Part shown: positions 11,491-21,653 of the stretch, in pieces | Layout: each line of letters starts with the position of its first letter | Position numbering within the stretch: position 1 is the stretch's first letter | Origin: an uncultured Spirochaetota bacterium | Lineage (GTDB): Bacteria; Spirochaetota; Spirochaetia; SZUA-6; Fen-1364 | Length of the DNA: 64,000 nucleotides | Assembly (NCBI GenBank): GCA_963734545.1 | Contig: CAVTHO010000006.1 | Location: 320,001-384,000 of the forward strand | Reading direction: 5' to 3' | Notes under the pieces: model-generated | What the model was told of the DNA's origin: nothing | Database searches by the model: none | The model's input: the letters and a program-made list of their open reading frames with translations, nothing else | Position numbers and translations under genes: made by a program

Positions 11491-13476
11491 TCCGTCACCT
11501 CCCGCAGTAGCCGCATGATCTCTTCCTCCGCTATTTTCAGCTCCGCATCTATCTCCTCCAGCGGGCGCGGCGGGGTATACTTGTAGAAGTGACGGTTGAA
11601 GTTGATCTCGTAGCCTACTTTATCTTTGCTTCGATCCATCCAGGCATCGCGCACGTGCGGGAGCACCTCGCGCTCGAAGTAGGTGTCGATGTCGTCCTTC
11701 AGCGGTACGTTCTCGAAGTCGCGCAGGTCGGGGTCGGGCTCGTAACCGTCGTCGCGTCCACCCTTGGCAACCGGCTCAGCTTCGGGGTCCTTCTGCGTGA
11801 AGACGCTACGGAAGAGCTTCTGCTCGGTCGCCTTCCAGCGGGACTTGCGCTTGCTGAAGTAAGTCCTCAATGCGGCTCCACGCCGCGTTCCAGTCACATT
11901 GCGGCTCGCGGCCAAGTGCCTTATCGATGGCCTGAATGTCACCGAGCAGGTGCGGGTATGTGTCGAGGAAGCGAGTTTTGTCCTTGACGGTCATCTGATA
12001 GCACAGCCTCAGAGGCCGTTCGACTGTTACACGGGTGTAACCGAAGTCGGCATTGTCAAAGATCTTTGAGTTGTCGCCGTCGCAGAAACGGCCATAAAGC
12101 CTCACGATTTCCGCGATATCCTTGGAAGACATGTGGCGGCGCTTGTCGCCGAGGCTCCGCTTGGAATCCTCGCTGCCTCCTGGCTGCCACTTGGCGCGGG
12201 TATCGACGAGCAGAATCCTTCCCTTGCGGCGCTTTTCCTTTCGGTTGGTGACGATCCAGATGTATGTGCCGATGCCGGTATTATAGAACATCTGCTCCGG
12301 CAGGGCGATGATGGCTTCGAGCCAGTCGCTCTCTATGATCCACTTGCGGATGTCGCTTTCTCCCGAGCCCGCACCACCGGTGAAGAGGGGTGAGCCGCTG
12401 AAGACGATTGCAAGCCGCGAACCATACTTTTGCTGGTTGGGCAGGACTGGCTCGAATTTACTGATCATGTGCTGGAGGAAAAGGAGAGCACCGTCGTTGA
12501 CGCGTGGAAGGCCGGCGCCGAAGCGGCCGCCGAAGCCGAGCTTGTCGTGCTGCTGCTCGATCTCCTTCTGCTGCTTCTTCCAGTCCACGCCGAAGGGCGG
12601 GTTCGCGAGCAGGTAGTCGAAGGTATCACCTTCGAACTGGTCGTCAGTAAAGCTGTCGCCGAAACGCACGTTGTCGCCGCTGCCGTTGTGGTCCACCTGC
12701 TTCATGAGTATATCTGAGGCTGCGGTCGCAAACGCGCGCTTGTTGTAATCCTGGCCGTAGACGAAAAGTCTGGCTGCCGAGTGATGTTGGCGGAGGTAAT
12801 TCTGGGCTTCGGCGAGCATGCCACCCGTGCCGCAGGCTGGGTCTAGAAGCTTGCGCACGGTACCGGGCGTTGCGAGGAGCTTGTCGTCGTTAATGAACAG
12901 GATGTTCACCATCAACCGGATGACTTCGCGCGGCGTGAAGTGATCGCCGGCGGTCTCGTTGGCGAGTTCGTTGAAGCGCCTGATGAGGTTTTCGAAAATT
13001 AGCCCCATCTGCTCGTTCGGCACCGCGGCCGGATGCAAGTCGACGTCGCAGAACTTTGAAACCACTAGGTAGAGAATATCCGCCTCTCGCATCCTCTCAA
13101 TCTCGTTCTCGAACTCAAAATAGTCAAAAATAGTGCGGACATTGGCGGAGAAGCCCTTTATATAGCTGACCAAATGTCTCTCGATGTTGTCGGGGTCACC
13201 CTTCAGCTTCTCGAAGTCGAGCTGCGAGTGGTTATGTAAGCGCTGTCCGGCGGCCTTGTTCAGGAGCTTGTCGAGCGCATCGTTGTTGAGCCTGCCGCCC
13301 TTTCTCTTCTCGTACTCCGAGACGACCTTGGCTTTGGTCGGCGCGAGCACGCAGTCGAAGCGGCGAATCACGGTCATCGGGAGCATCACACGCTCGTATT
13401 GGGGCGGTCGATAGGGGCCGCGTAGCAGGTCGGCGATCTGCCAGATGAGGTTCGCGAAATAGTTGTGGTCAGGCAT
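11487..13476 (-). CDS. hsdM: Type I R-M m6A DNA methyltransferase subunit M (frameshift near 11850)
   Basis: ANLIWQIADLLRG, GDHFTPREVI, DPACGTGGML, NPPFG; C-terminal YFEREVLPHV...GYEINFNRHFY. Confidence 0.94.
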
Positions 13477-13495
13477 CAGTCACCCCAGCCTAACG

Positions 13496-13762
13496 TTATC
13501 TGATATGTGCCATTTCGCGCCCGGTCTGCGGCGTTCCTGGCAACCCTGCGCCTTCATTGCTGTTTTGCTTCCGGCGGTTGTTGTCATTCCGGCCAGCACT
13601 ACCTGTATGCACCCACTTGTCGACTTCTGATATTTTGAACTTCCACAGCCTACCCACTCGGTGAGCAGGCAATCGTTTGCTCTCGATCCACCGGTAGACA
13701 GAATCCTTCGCGACGCCAAGATGATTCGCGACTTCGTCAACCGAAACCCAAAACTCTTGCAT
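13496..13762 (-). CDS. Excisionase-like HTH_17 DNA-binding protein heading the R-M operon
   Basis: WVSVDEVANHLGVAKDSVYRWIESKRLPAHRVGRLWKFKISEVDKWV; RBS AAGGA. Confidence 0.85.
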   Translation of the reverse strand: MQEFWVSVDEVANHLGVAKDSVYRWIESKRLPAHRVGRLWKFKISEVDKWVHTGSAGRNDNNRRKQNSNEGAGLPGTPQTGREMAHIR

Positions 13763-13920
13763 TGTCTTTCCTTTAAAAGCGCTCTGTCCAGTAAGGCTTT
13801 CGGCTTAAGCCTATATTAGAAACTATCACGGTCTATGAGGATGCACAAGAGCAGATATAAGTGGGTAAGAATCGGCGTCATTAATCGCTTACATGAAAAT
13901 TGATTCGCACTTTCTTTAGC

Positions 13921-14124
13921 GACATAAAAACTGGCATCGTGCAAGAGAAACAGGATTGGCACCCAAGTATGCTTGTTTTCTTGATGACCCCCCCCGGGCC
14001 AGAGACTCGCGGCGTCCCTGCCGCGTGTCTCTGGCCCTCTTCAGAGGAGCGCCCCAACACGGACGTTGGGGCGCGTCGGCACGCGGTCGGCCCCGACCGA
14101 TCCTCGGAAGAGACCACCGGGTCG
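13921..14124 (-). repeat. Right copy of ~200-bp inverted repeat
   Basis: Reverse complement of 4765-4968 with few substitutions or indels. Confidence 0.92.
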
Positions 14125-14149
14125 CGGATCGGTCGAAGAGACGCCAGTC

Positions 14150-14600
14150 TCACGCACGGGCAAGTATCCCCCTCACCGTGTTGGCTTGCCAGACGCCGTT
14201 CTGCTTGGTCGGGATGAGCTTCAGGTTGAGATTGCCGGCGATCTCCCGCAGAGACAGCCCGCCGGCGCGGTACTGCCGCATCATTCGGATCGCCGCTTGC
14301 TCGGCGCTCGTTCTTCACGAGCTGGTGGTTCAGGTAGTCGAAGCCGAAGGGCAGTTGGCCGGTCCGCTTGCGCCCGTTCCCGTTCCGCGGGATGCCGAAT
14401 CGGTCCAGAGCCTCCAGCACCCCCGCGTGGCTCACGCCGACCAGCCGCTCGATCTCGCGGGCGGATAGGTGCTCGCTCGTGTAGAGCCGCTCCAAGGCAG
14501 GCCCTTGCTTCGCAAGGAGCAGACGGGCGGCAGCGGGATAAGGCCCTCAATCAGCGCGGGAGCGCGACCGTGCCCGTTTGCTTTCTGTTGGGCCGGGGGA
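14150..14600 (-). CDS. Small HTH + recombinase-domain protein (frameshifted; start uncertain)
   Basis: LERLYTSEHLSAREIERLVGVSHAGVL...GQLPFGFDY...EQAAIRMMRQYRAGGLSLREIAGNLNLKLIPTKQNGVWQANTV resembles the recombinase domain of large serine recombinases. Confidence 0.6.
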
Positions 14601-14625
14601 GACGAGACCGACTCGAACAGGCCTC

Positions 14626-14960
14626 TCAAACGGCGAGCAGAGCGGGGATTTCCTCGATCTTGTGCTCGTAGCAGTAGGTTCGAAGCTCGTCCAATAGGGG
14701 GAGCGACGGCGAACGGTACGCGAACTGGCTCTTTCAGGCAAACACCTGAGAGAGCCAGTTTCATTTCCGCGTCCATCAGAAGCAGCCTTGAGATCAGCCC
14801 GTGGATGCCCAGCTTGAGGGCTTCCCCGGTTTGATCGAGCACTTTCCGAAGGCTGTATCGGGTGAACTGATCCTCCCGGTGCTTCAGGATGGATTCGGCC
14901 TGACCAATGGCATCGAGGACGAACGTCTATTTCTCTTCGAGCCCCTTCTTGCGCTGCCCC
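14626..14960 (-). pseudogene. C-terminal remnant of a large serine recombinase-like gene
   Basis: Helical segment FVLDAIGQAESILK..., in-frame stop, ending LPLLDELRTYCYEHKIEEIPALLAV*, a tail style typical of LSRs. Confidence 0.4.
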
Positions 14961-15036
14961 GCAAACTTCGGACCAGGGAGTGCCATTGCCCGGATGCGGG
15001 TGCCGAGCACGTACAGTTCTCCGTGGATCTCACGGC

Positions 15037-15828
15037 TCACTCCAGCCGGCCGGTCACAGCGCCGAGGACCAGGACCATCAGCATGACGCCTTCCACCCCG
15101 TGGATGATGACGGACATCCAGTTCGACCGGAACACTCTGGACGGCAGAGCGATGAGAATGCCGCTGATCAGGATAATCGGGATATACGAAGCCTTGTGCA
15201 CGTGGTAGGCCGCAAAGAGGCAGGCATTTGCGAGCCAGTCGAAGCGGCCGAAGACGCCGTTCATCCTCGGAAGCAGGATACCGCGGAAGAGCAGCTCTTC
15301 CCCGAGCAGATAGTTGAAGAGGCAGCTCACCAGCGCGAGACCGACCAGCCACCACGCTCCGAGGAATTGGGGGCTCAGGAGGCCCGAGATCTCGGCGTAT
15401 GCGGGCGTTGCGAGCCCCGGCGCGAGCCTGAGGACAGCCGCCCGAAGCGGTTCCAGGACGCCGGTCTGGCCGAGAGCGAATCCGTAGACGATGACCGGAA
15501 TGACCCAGAGGAAGAGGATGGGCCGGCGCCGCCCCGACTGCGGGTCGGTGGGCACCTTGAGCCAGAGCCGTTTCTTGAGGTTCTCCCAGGTGAGCGGCCG
15601 GACCTCGCGCCGAATCAGGAGCGCCGAGACGACGAACTGCCAGGCCATGCCGAGGACCATCATGACCCAGAAGAAGATGCCGGGGTGAAGCGTCTCCGGC
15701 AGCCGGGGCAGGGCGAGGGGCACCACCACGTAGCGGAAGAGACCCATTGGGGCGGTCACGGCGAGCCAGATCCCCAGGATCTTCGGAAGGGTGTACTGCG
15801 GCTGTTCCACGGCTCGATTGCTGTTCAT
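15037..15828 (-). CDS. CPBP (CAAX/Abi) intramembrane metalloprotease
   Basis: GEELLFRG, FAAYH and IIHG motifs; multiple TM helices; GGAGG RBS before ATG 15828. Confidence 0.88.
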   Translation of the reverse strand: MNSNRAVEQPQYTLPKILGIWLAVTAPMGLFRYVVVPLALPRLPETLHPGIFFWVMMVLGMAWQFVVSALLIRREVRPLTWENLKKRLWLKVPTDPQSGRRRPILFLWVIPVIVYGFALGQTGVLEPLRAAVLRLAPGLATPAYAEISGLLSPQFLGAWWLVGLALVSCLFNYLLGEELLFRGILLPRMNGVFGRFDWLANACLFAAYHVHKASYIPIILISGILIALPSRVFRSNWMSVIIHGVEGVMLMVLVLGAVTGRLE

Positions 15829-15906
15829 AGGAGCCTCCATGGCGAGAGGATAGGAGGCCTCCGGGGAGAAGACCATCGACCGAAGGGTGGATTCGGCCCG
15901 CGGGGC

Positions 15907-15924
15907 CATCGATCAACCGGTTGA
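15907..15924. promoter_or_regulatory. Putative operator CATCGATCAACCGGTTGA
   Basis: TCAA-N4-TTGA palindrome; same motif occurs twice at 18106-18155. Confidence 0.6.
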
Positions 15925-15973
15925 ACCGCTCCGGCGGCCCTTCGGGCCGTCCTCGCGGCCTGCTGGTTGCTGC

Positions 15974-16903
15974 CTACGAGCGGGTCAAGTTGAAGAGCTC
16001 GTAGCGGCTTTTCGTTCCGGTCTTTTCGTAGATGCTGTGGAGGTGAGTCTTTACCGTGGCGAGGCTCACGAAGAGCTTCTCGGCGATCTCCCGGTTGGAG
16101 AGCCCCTTGTTGAGGAGGGGGATGACTTCGCGTTCCCGGGGAGATAACCCGTACTGGTCGACAAAGGTCGGGCCCACAGCGGGAGGCGCCTGCCAGTCCG
16201 CCAGGACATAGGTGCCGAAGTAGTACATCAGGATCCCACCAAAGAGCAGGTGTGGGACGGAGGCCACCATGAAGGAGCTCCCGGCCGGCGTCAACGGAAG
16301 CTCGCGCGCCCCCGCGAGGTATTGGATCATCCCCCAGACATCCGAGAGAAAGGCCACGAGCCCGAAGAGGATCAGAGACCAGATGAGAACGAGCTCACGA
16401 ACCGGGCGGTCCCTCTTCTGACCGGTCAACCCGACGACGAGCAGGTAGGCGAACAACGCAAGGAGCAGGAAGAAGGAGGCGCTCCCGAGGGCAGTGAACC
16501 GCATGGTGGCGCGTGTAAGATCGACGATCCTGGAGCCGGGCAGGAGGCTGAGGATCAGGCCGACCGCATACGCGCCGACCACGATCCGATCGCGCAGCCT
16601 TTGTCCCTTCTCGACGAAGAGCCGGTGGAAGTACAGCGTCCCGATGCACATGAACACCGCGTTGAGCACGTTTCCGATCGTGTGCGTTGCAAGGAAGACA
16701 TCGACGGAAACGGGATGCACGTTCAGGTAGAGGTACTGTTCGACGGCGATGACGGAGATCCTCACCGTCAGTGTGCCGTAGAAGCCGATGAGCAGCCAGT
16801 ACGCTCCGATCCGGGACCTGATTGTGCCGAGGAGGGACACCGCAACGGCGATGAACCCGGTGAGGGCAACGACGACGTAGTAGACGATCATCGCGTGGGG
16901 CAC
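15974..16903 (-). CDS. Membrane-anchored LuxR-family one-component regulator
   Basis: ~7 hydrophobic helices followed by LSPREREVIPLLNKGLSNREIAEKLFVSLATVKTH. Confidence 0.88.
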   Translation of the reverse strand: MPHAMIVYYVVVALTGFIAVAVSLLGTIRSRIGAYWLLIGFYGTLTVRISVIAVEQYLYLNVHPVSVDVFLATHTIGNVLNAVFMCIGTLYFHRLFVEKGQRLRDRIVVGAYAVGLILSLLPGSRIVDLTRATMRFTALGSASFFLLLALFAYLLVVGLTGQKRDRPVRELVLIWSLILFGLVAFLSDVWGMIQYLAGARELPLTPAGSSFMVASVPHLLFGGILMYYFGTYVLADWQAPPAVGPTFVDQYGLSPREREVIPLLNKGLSNREIAEKLFVSLATVKTHLHSIYEKTGTKSRYELFNLTRS

Positions 16904-17018
16904 TGCACTAATCTATGCACCGCGATGGCTTCCGTTCAAGTGGAAACGCGGGGCACCGGGGCGCTCGGCGGAGACGGGCCTGCAGCCGTCATGAGCAAAT
17001 GCAGGCTGAGGGTTATCG

Positions 17019-17054
17019 AAAAAAGAGGTCGCCCACGAGCCTGCGGGCGACCTC
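17019..17054 (-). terminator. Rho-independent terminator
   Basis: GAGGTCGCCC/GGGCGACCTC stem followed by T6 on the minus strand, just past the surface-protein stop. Confidence 0.75.
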
Positions 17055-17095
17055 AAGACAGCTATGGTAGCGAATGCTCGCCTGATTCTTTCGCC

Positions 17096-18021
17096 TTAGA
17101 ACTGTATGCCGACAAACACCCCGGGCCAGAAGCGCCGCTCTTTGCTGCTGAAGCCGAACTCGTATCCGTGAAGGGGTGGAGGGTGATGCTGGTGGCGTTT
17201 GTATTGCTCATGTAGTTGAAGGAAACCCCGCCGATAAGCGAAAAGAAAGAGAAGTTGTATCCCAGGTAGACCCTGGCTCGAAAAAGGCTCTCATACTCTA
17301 CGGCGATAGCATCCCGGGGGGAGACCACGCTGTAGATCCCCTCGACGTTGAGAAACACCTTGTCCAGGGGGATATGAACTCCCATACCAAGTCCAGCGGT
17401 CAGATCTTTGCCCTGGCTGTCCACGCCCACTGTGTAGATGTTGTAGACGGTCTTCGTCCCGTGTATCAGGGCCAGATTCGTCAATCCCATTTCATCGTAC
17501 CAGGATTGCGCATGGGTCTGTCCGTTCTTGAGCACAATACTGACCAGTCCTATGGGTATGCCGTCATTTTCTTCCGCGACATTGACCACACCCAGTTGAA
17601 CGCCTCTGGCGCTCTTGCTGATATTCACCACTCCGGCCTGGGCAAAGGGCGTGCTTTTTGCATAGTTGAGCACCCCAGCCTGAGCGCCATTCGCCGTGCC
17701 TAAGACTGTGTTGACCACACCGGCCTGGACTCCGGTGAGATCCCCGGACACCCAGTTAGCCACCCCGGCTTGAACTCCCCCTGCATCTTCTCCGATGATG
17801 CTGACCACCCCGAGGGCCGCTCCTCTGAGCACATCGGCGTATCCGGCCACGACGTTCAGTTGTACGATGTTGATCGTCTTGTTTCCGGCGGCCTGCCCAA
17901 AGCTGATCATGGGAACCAGGGAAAGATTGACCGGTACCACAGCGTAGCTGTCCTCCGCGATCACCGTTGTGGATGCCACCGCTGCGAGAAGCAGTACCAA
18001 TAGAAAACCTCTCTTGTTCAT
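17096..18021 (-). CDS. Secreted/outer-membrane protein with G(V/A)QxG(V/L)(V/L)N repeats (LA_2272-like); frameshift near 3' end
   Basis: Signal peptide; repeats GVQAGVAN, GVQAGVVN, GAQAGVLN; corrected C-terminus FWPGVFVGIQF* ends in Phe. Confidence 0.75.
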
Positions 18022-18105
18022 TGTCCTCTCCTTGTTCTGATGAGTTTGTTGTCTATCTCCTACAGAGATCTGTGCCAATAGAAACCCGAAACGGGTGTCG
18101 AAAGA

Positions 18106-18155
18106 CATCGATCAACGGATTGAGAAGGGCGCCGGAGCATCGATCAACGGGTTGA
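18106..18155. promoter_or_regulatory. Two putative operators CATCGATCAACGG(A/G)TTGA, 32 bp apart
   Basis: Copies at 18106-18123 and 18138-18155, matching 15907-15924. Confidence 0.62.
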
Positions 18156-18281
18156 TTCGTGCACTTCGCGTAGGAGATGTGGCGTCGTTTGACGGCGGGG
18201 CGCTTTGTGGATGGAGCACGGAACGCTTGAGCGCCGTACGGCAGGTGAGCACAGACGACTAATCGGGACGCGCCCGCGGGC

Positions 18282-19148
18282 TTACCCCTTCACGGCTCCG
18301 AAGGTCAGCCCCCGCACCAGGTATTTCTGGAAGAAGAGGGTCAGGATGACTCCCGGGAGGATGGCGATCAGGGACAACGCCGAGATCTCCCCCCAGGGGA
18401 TCTCGTGCCCTCCGGTCATGCCTGCAAGCGTAATGGGAAGGGTCACCGCATGTGAGCGTGTGAAGATGAGCGCGAACAGGAACTCGTTCCAGGAAAAAAT
18501 GAAGACGAAGAGGGCCGTGACCGCAATGCCCGGAACGGCAAGGGGAAGGACGTATTTGCGGAACGCATGGAACCTCGAGTATCCGTCCAGAAGCGCGGCA
18601 TTTTCTATTCCCTGGGGAATGTCCTCGAAGAAGCCTTTCATGATCCAGACGGCAAAGGGCATGTTGATGAGGATGTAGGAAAGGAAGAGAACAGGGTACG
18701 TGTCGAGTACCTTCAGCGTCTTCCAGATCATGAACAGCGGCATGGTGGCGATGACGGGAGGGGCGAACAGGAGCGAGAGAACGAAGAAGCTCATGTTGTC
18801 CCCGCCCACCTTGAAGCGCCCCATGCTGTAGGCCAGGAGGACGCCGAAGCCTATCACCAGGACGGTATTGGCGAGCGCGACGACCAGGCTGGAAACCAGA
18901 GCCTCTGCGCCGCCAAAGGTCGTCAACCCCCTGACGAAGTTTTCGAAATCGAAGTGGCTCGGCCAGAAGATCGGCGGATAATGGTAGAACTCCCCTTCCA
19001 CCTTGAACGCGCCGACCGCGATCCAGTACACGGGGAACAGGAAGATGACGAAGAAGATGAGGATGAGGAGGAAGCGCAGCACCGTGAAGAGCGTGCGGAT
19101 GCGCTTCCGCCGGGCGAGCTCTTCCCTGTTCAAGGCGATCGTGTTCAT
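18282..19148 (-). CDS. Carbohydrate ABC transporter permease (MalG-like)
   Basis: EAA loop IENAALLDGYS; FIFSWNEFLFAL; LVRGLTFGAVKG. Confidence 0.92.
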   Translation of the reverse strand: MNTIALNREELARRKRIRTLFTVLRFLLILIFFVIFLFPVYWIAVGAFKVEGEFYHYPPIFWPSHFDFENFVRGLTTFGGAEALVSSLVVALANTVLVIGFGVLLAYSMGRFKVGGDNMSFFVLSLLFAPPVIATMPLFMIWKTLKVLDTYPVLFLSYILINMPFAVWIMKGFFEDIPQGIENAALLDGYSRFHAFRKYVLPLAVPGIAVTALFVFIFSWNEFLFALIFTRSHAVTLPITLAGMTGGHEIPWGEISALSLIAILPGVILTLFFQKYLVRGLTFGAVKG

Positions 19149-20053
19149 GACTCCTTGCCCTCCCTGCGATTCATGACAATGCCGATGAAGAGCTTGGCGA
19201 TGACCGTGATGATGATGAGCTGGACCACCGCGATGGCGGCCGACATGCCCACGTTGAAGCTCTTGAACCCCATGATATACGTGAGAACGCTGAGAGTTTC
19301 AGTCGATACTCCGGGGCCGCCGCCGGTGAGGATCTGGACCGGGTCGAAAATCTTGAAGATGAAGATGATCCTCAGGAGGACGACCAGCGTGAACATGGGC
19401 CGCAGGAGCGGCATGGTCACGCGCCAGAGGGTCTCGCGGGCGGATGAGCCGTCGACGCTGGAGGCTTCGTAGACCTGCTTGGGAATGGCGGAGAGACCGG
19501 CCAGAAGGACGACCATGACGAAGGGCGTCCACTGCCAGGTGTCCATGATGAGAATCGAGGCCATTGCGAGAAGCGGCTTGGCCAGCCATGCCGGGGGAGT
19601 TACTCCGAAGAAGCTCAGCAGGTAGTTGAGCGGTCCGAACCGGTTGTCCAGGATGATCTTCCATTCGAAGCCCGCGACCACCGGGGTGATCATGACGGGG
19701 ATCAGGAACAGGGCGACGATGACCCTGCTGCCGGGGAACTTCTTGTTGAGGAGGAGGGCCAGGACCAGGGCGAGGAACGACTGAACCGGGATGCCGATCA
19801 CCATGATGATCATGCTGTTCAGGAAAGCGTTCCAGAACCGGCCGTCAGTGAACAGGTTCCCGTAGTTCTCGAACCACGCGAAGCGCGGCGGCATGGGTGT
19901 GGCCAGGGTTTTCACGAAAAAGCTGTTGAACAGCATGTAGGCCAGGGGACCGACGACAAGGAGGATGAGAACGACCATGCCGGGGAGCGCCACGAGGCGC
20001 GCAAAGCGCTTCTGGCTCTTCTCAAGAGTGAGGATGTTTTCCAAGCTCGCCAT
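19145..20053 (-). CDS. Carbohydrate ABC transporter permease (MalF-like)
   Basis: DTWQWTPF, VYEASSVDGSS, LTGGGPG. Confidence 0.92.
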   Translation of the reverse strand: MASLENILTLEKSQKRFARLVALPGMVVLILLVVGPLAYMLFNSFFVKTLATPMPPRFAWFENYGNLFTDGRFWNAFLNSMIIMVIGIPVQSFLALVLALLLNKKFPGSRVIVALFLIPVMITPVVAGFEWKIILDNRFGPLNYLLSFFGVTPPAWLAKPLLAMASILIMDTWQWTPFVMVVLLAGLSAIPKQVYEASSVDGSSARETLWRVTMPLLRPMFTLVVLLRIIFIFKIFDPVQILTGGGPGVSTETLSVLTYIMGFKSFNVGMSAAIAVVQLIIITVIAKLFIGIVMNRREGKES

Positions 20054-20133
20054 AGCCGATCTCCCCCCCGCAAGGGCGCCGCTCACGCCGTCCCTGGCTG
20101 CGGTGCCCCTCGCCATCCTTGGCTAGGAAAGAG

Positions 20134-20162
20134 AGCCCGCCGCCGAGGCGGCGGGCTTTTTT
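20134..20162. terminator. Stem-loop after the solute-binding protein gene
   Basis: AGCCCGCCGCC/GGCGGCGGGCT stem flanked by T/A tracts. Confidence 0.6.
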
Positions 20163-20175
20163 CCGTCCTTCGAAT

Positions 20176-21612
20176 CTAGTCCTTCCAGAACCCGTGCTTC
20201 TTCCACATTTCGAGCATTGAGTTGTAGATCTTCTTCTGCTTCGCCGCGTCGAGGTTCTGCGTGATCTTGTCCCACGACGCCGCGGCCGTGTTGAGCGCCT
20301 TGGCCGGGTCAGCGGTGCCTGACAGCGCGCTTGTCACCGCTACATCCAGGGCATCCAGGTAATCGGCGGAGCCGGGGATGTTGATGTCGGGGAAGATGTG
20401 GTTGAGGTTGTCACCGACTGCATCGAGGTATTCCTTGGCGTCCGCCGCGGATCCGAACTTCTCCCATGCCTTGATGTTCTTGAAATGAGAGATGCGGTAA
20501 GGATCCTCACCTGCGTCATTCGACGTGACGGCCTTGATGCTTTCGTCATTGCTGAGCATGGATGCCACCCAGAAGGCCTCCTTGGGATGCTTGGTGGTCG
20601 TGGGGATGCCGAGGACGCGGCCGACAGGCGCGGCGGCGCGGAAGTAGATGGACCCGTCCGCCTGCTTCACGCCGGGTACCTGGGAAACGCCCGCGTTGTG
20701 GAGGATGAACTTCGTGGAGAACTTGGGGTCATTGGCCTTCTTCCAGACGTCGGACCACTGGATCATCGTGGCAACGCGGCCCTGGAGATATGCGTTCATC
20801 AGCTCCGTGTACCCGAAGCTCATGACGTCGGGAGGGCAGTACGGCATGAGGTTTTTCAGGATGTTGATGGCCTGGACTCCCGCCGGGGAGTTGATCTGGG
20901 GCTTCATGTTCCTGTCGAAGTAGGCGCCGCCGAGAGACCCGAAGACGTTGCTCCACCAGGCATACGCGAAGCCGCGCGCCCCGAGGAACGCAAAGCCGTA
21001 GAAGTCCTGGTCCAGCGTCTTGCCCGCCAGCATCTCGCCCTTCTTGCGCGTGAAGAACTGCGCGACCTTGGCCAGGTCATCCCAGGTCCTGGGCACCGCG
21101 AGATTCTGGCCGAACTTCGCCTTGAACGCCGTCTTCTCCGCCGCGTTTGAGAAGATGCTCTTCGCGTAGTACAGGTTCAGGATATCTCCGTCGTAGGGCA
21201 GGGCGTACGTCTTGCCGTTGTACATGTCATAGAGGTCGCGGTACGCGGGGATCACGTCACCCATCATGGGATCATGGACGGAGAACAGCGGGTCCAGCGG
21301 CTGGAGGTAGCCGAACTCGGCGAACTCGCCGACGTACGGGGGGTAGAAGATGACCACGTCGTACGCGCCCGTGCCGCCGACGAACTCGGTCTTCAGCTTC
21401 TCATAGACCGAGGTGAACGGAACGCCCACAACATCGATGGTGATTCCCCTCGCGGCTGCCAGGGGCTTCAGCCACTCCACCGGGTTGAGGTTCTGGCCCT
21501 CGTCACCATAGACCGTGATCGTCACCTTGGCCTGGGAGAACACCGGCAGGGCGGCGATCATGAGCGCGGCGACAAGGATCAGGAAGAACTTCTTAGTGCC
21601 GATCATACTCAT
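20176..21612 (-). CDS. Carbohydrate ABC transporter substrate-binding protein
   Basis: Signal peptide; YALPYDGD, VPRTWDDL, INSPAGVQA; AGGAGGTG RBS. Confidence 0.9.
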   Translation of the reverse strand: MSMIGTKKFFLILVAALMIAALPVFSQAKVTITVYGDEGQNLNPVEWLKPLAAARGITIDVVGVPFTSVYEKLKTEFVGGTGAYDVVIFYPPYVGEFAEFGYLQPLDPLFSVHDPMMGDVIPAYRDLYDMYNGKTYALPYDGDILNLYYAKSIFSNAAEKTAFKAKFGQNLAVPRTWDDLAKVAQFFTRKKGEMLAGKTLDQDFYGFAFLGARGFAYAWWSNVFGSLGGAYFDRNMKPQINSPAGVQAINILKNLMPYCPPDVMSFGYTELMNAYLQGRVATMIQWSDVWKKANDPKFSTKFILHNAGVSQVPGVKQADGSIYFRAAAPVGRVLGIPTTTKHPKEAFWVASMLSNDESIKAVTSNDAGEDPYRISHFKNIKAWEKFGSAADAKEYLDAVGDNLNHIFPDINIPGSADYLDALDVAVTSALSGTADPAKALNTAAASWDKITQNLDAAKQKKIYNSMLEMWKKHGFWKD

Positions 21613-21653
21613 CACCTCCTAAGAATGTTGAGTCTCACTCGACGAACGTCGAG

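Noticed and set aside
8100-11900. Programmed frameshifting in hsdR, immA or hsdM
   Set aside because: No clear slippery sites or long homopolymers; the same indel pattern affects unrelated genes across the window.
14676-14706. GGTTCGAA...GGGGGAGCG resembling a tRNA 3' half / att site
   Set aside because: No T-stem pairing or cloverleaf; better explained as coding sequence (LPLLDELRT) on the minus strand.
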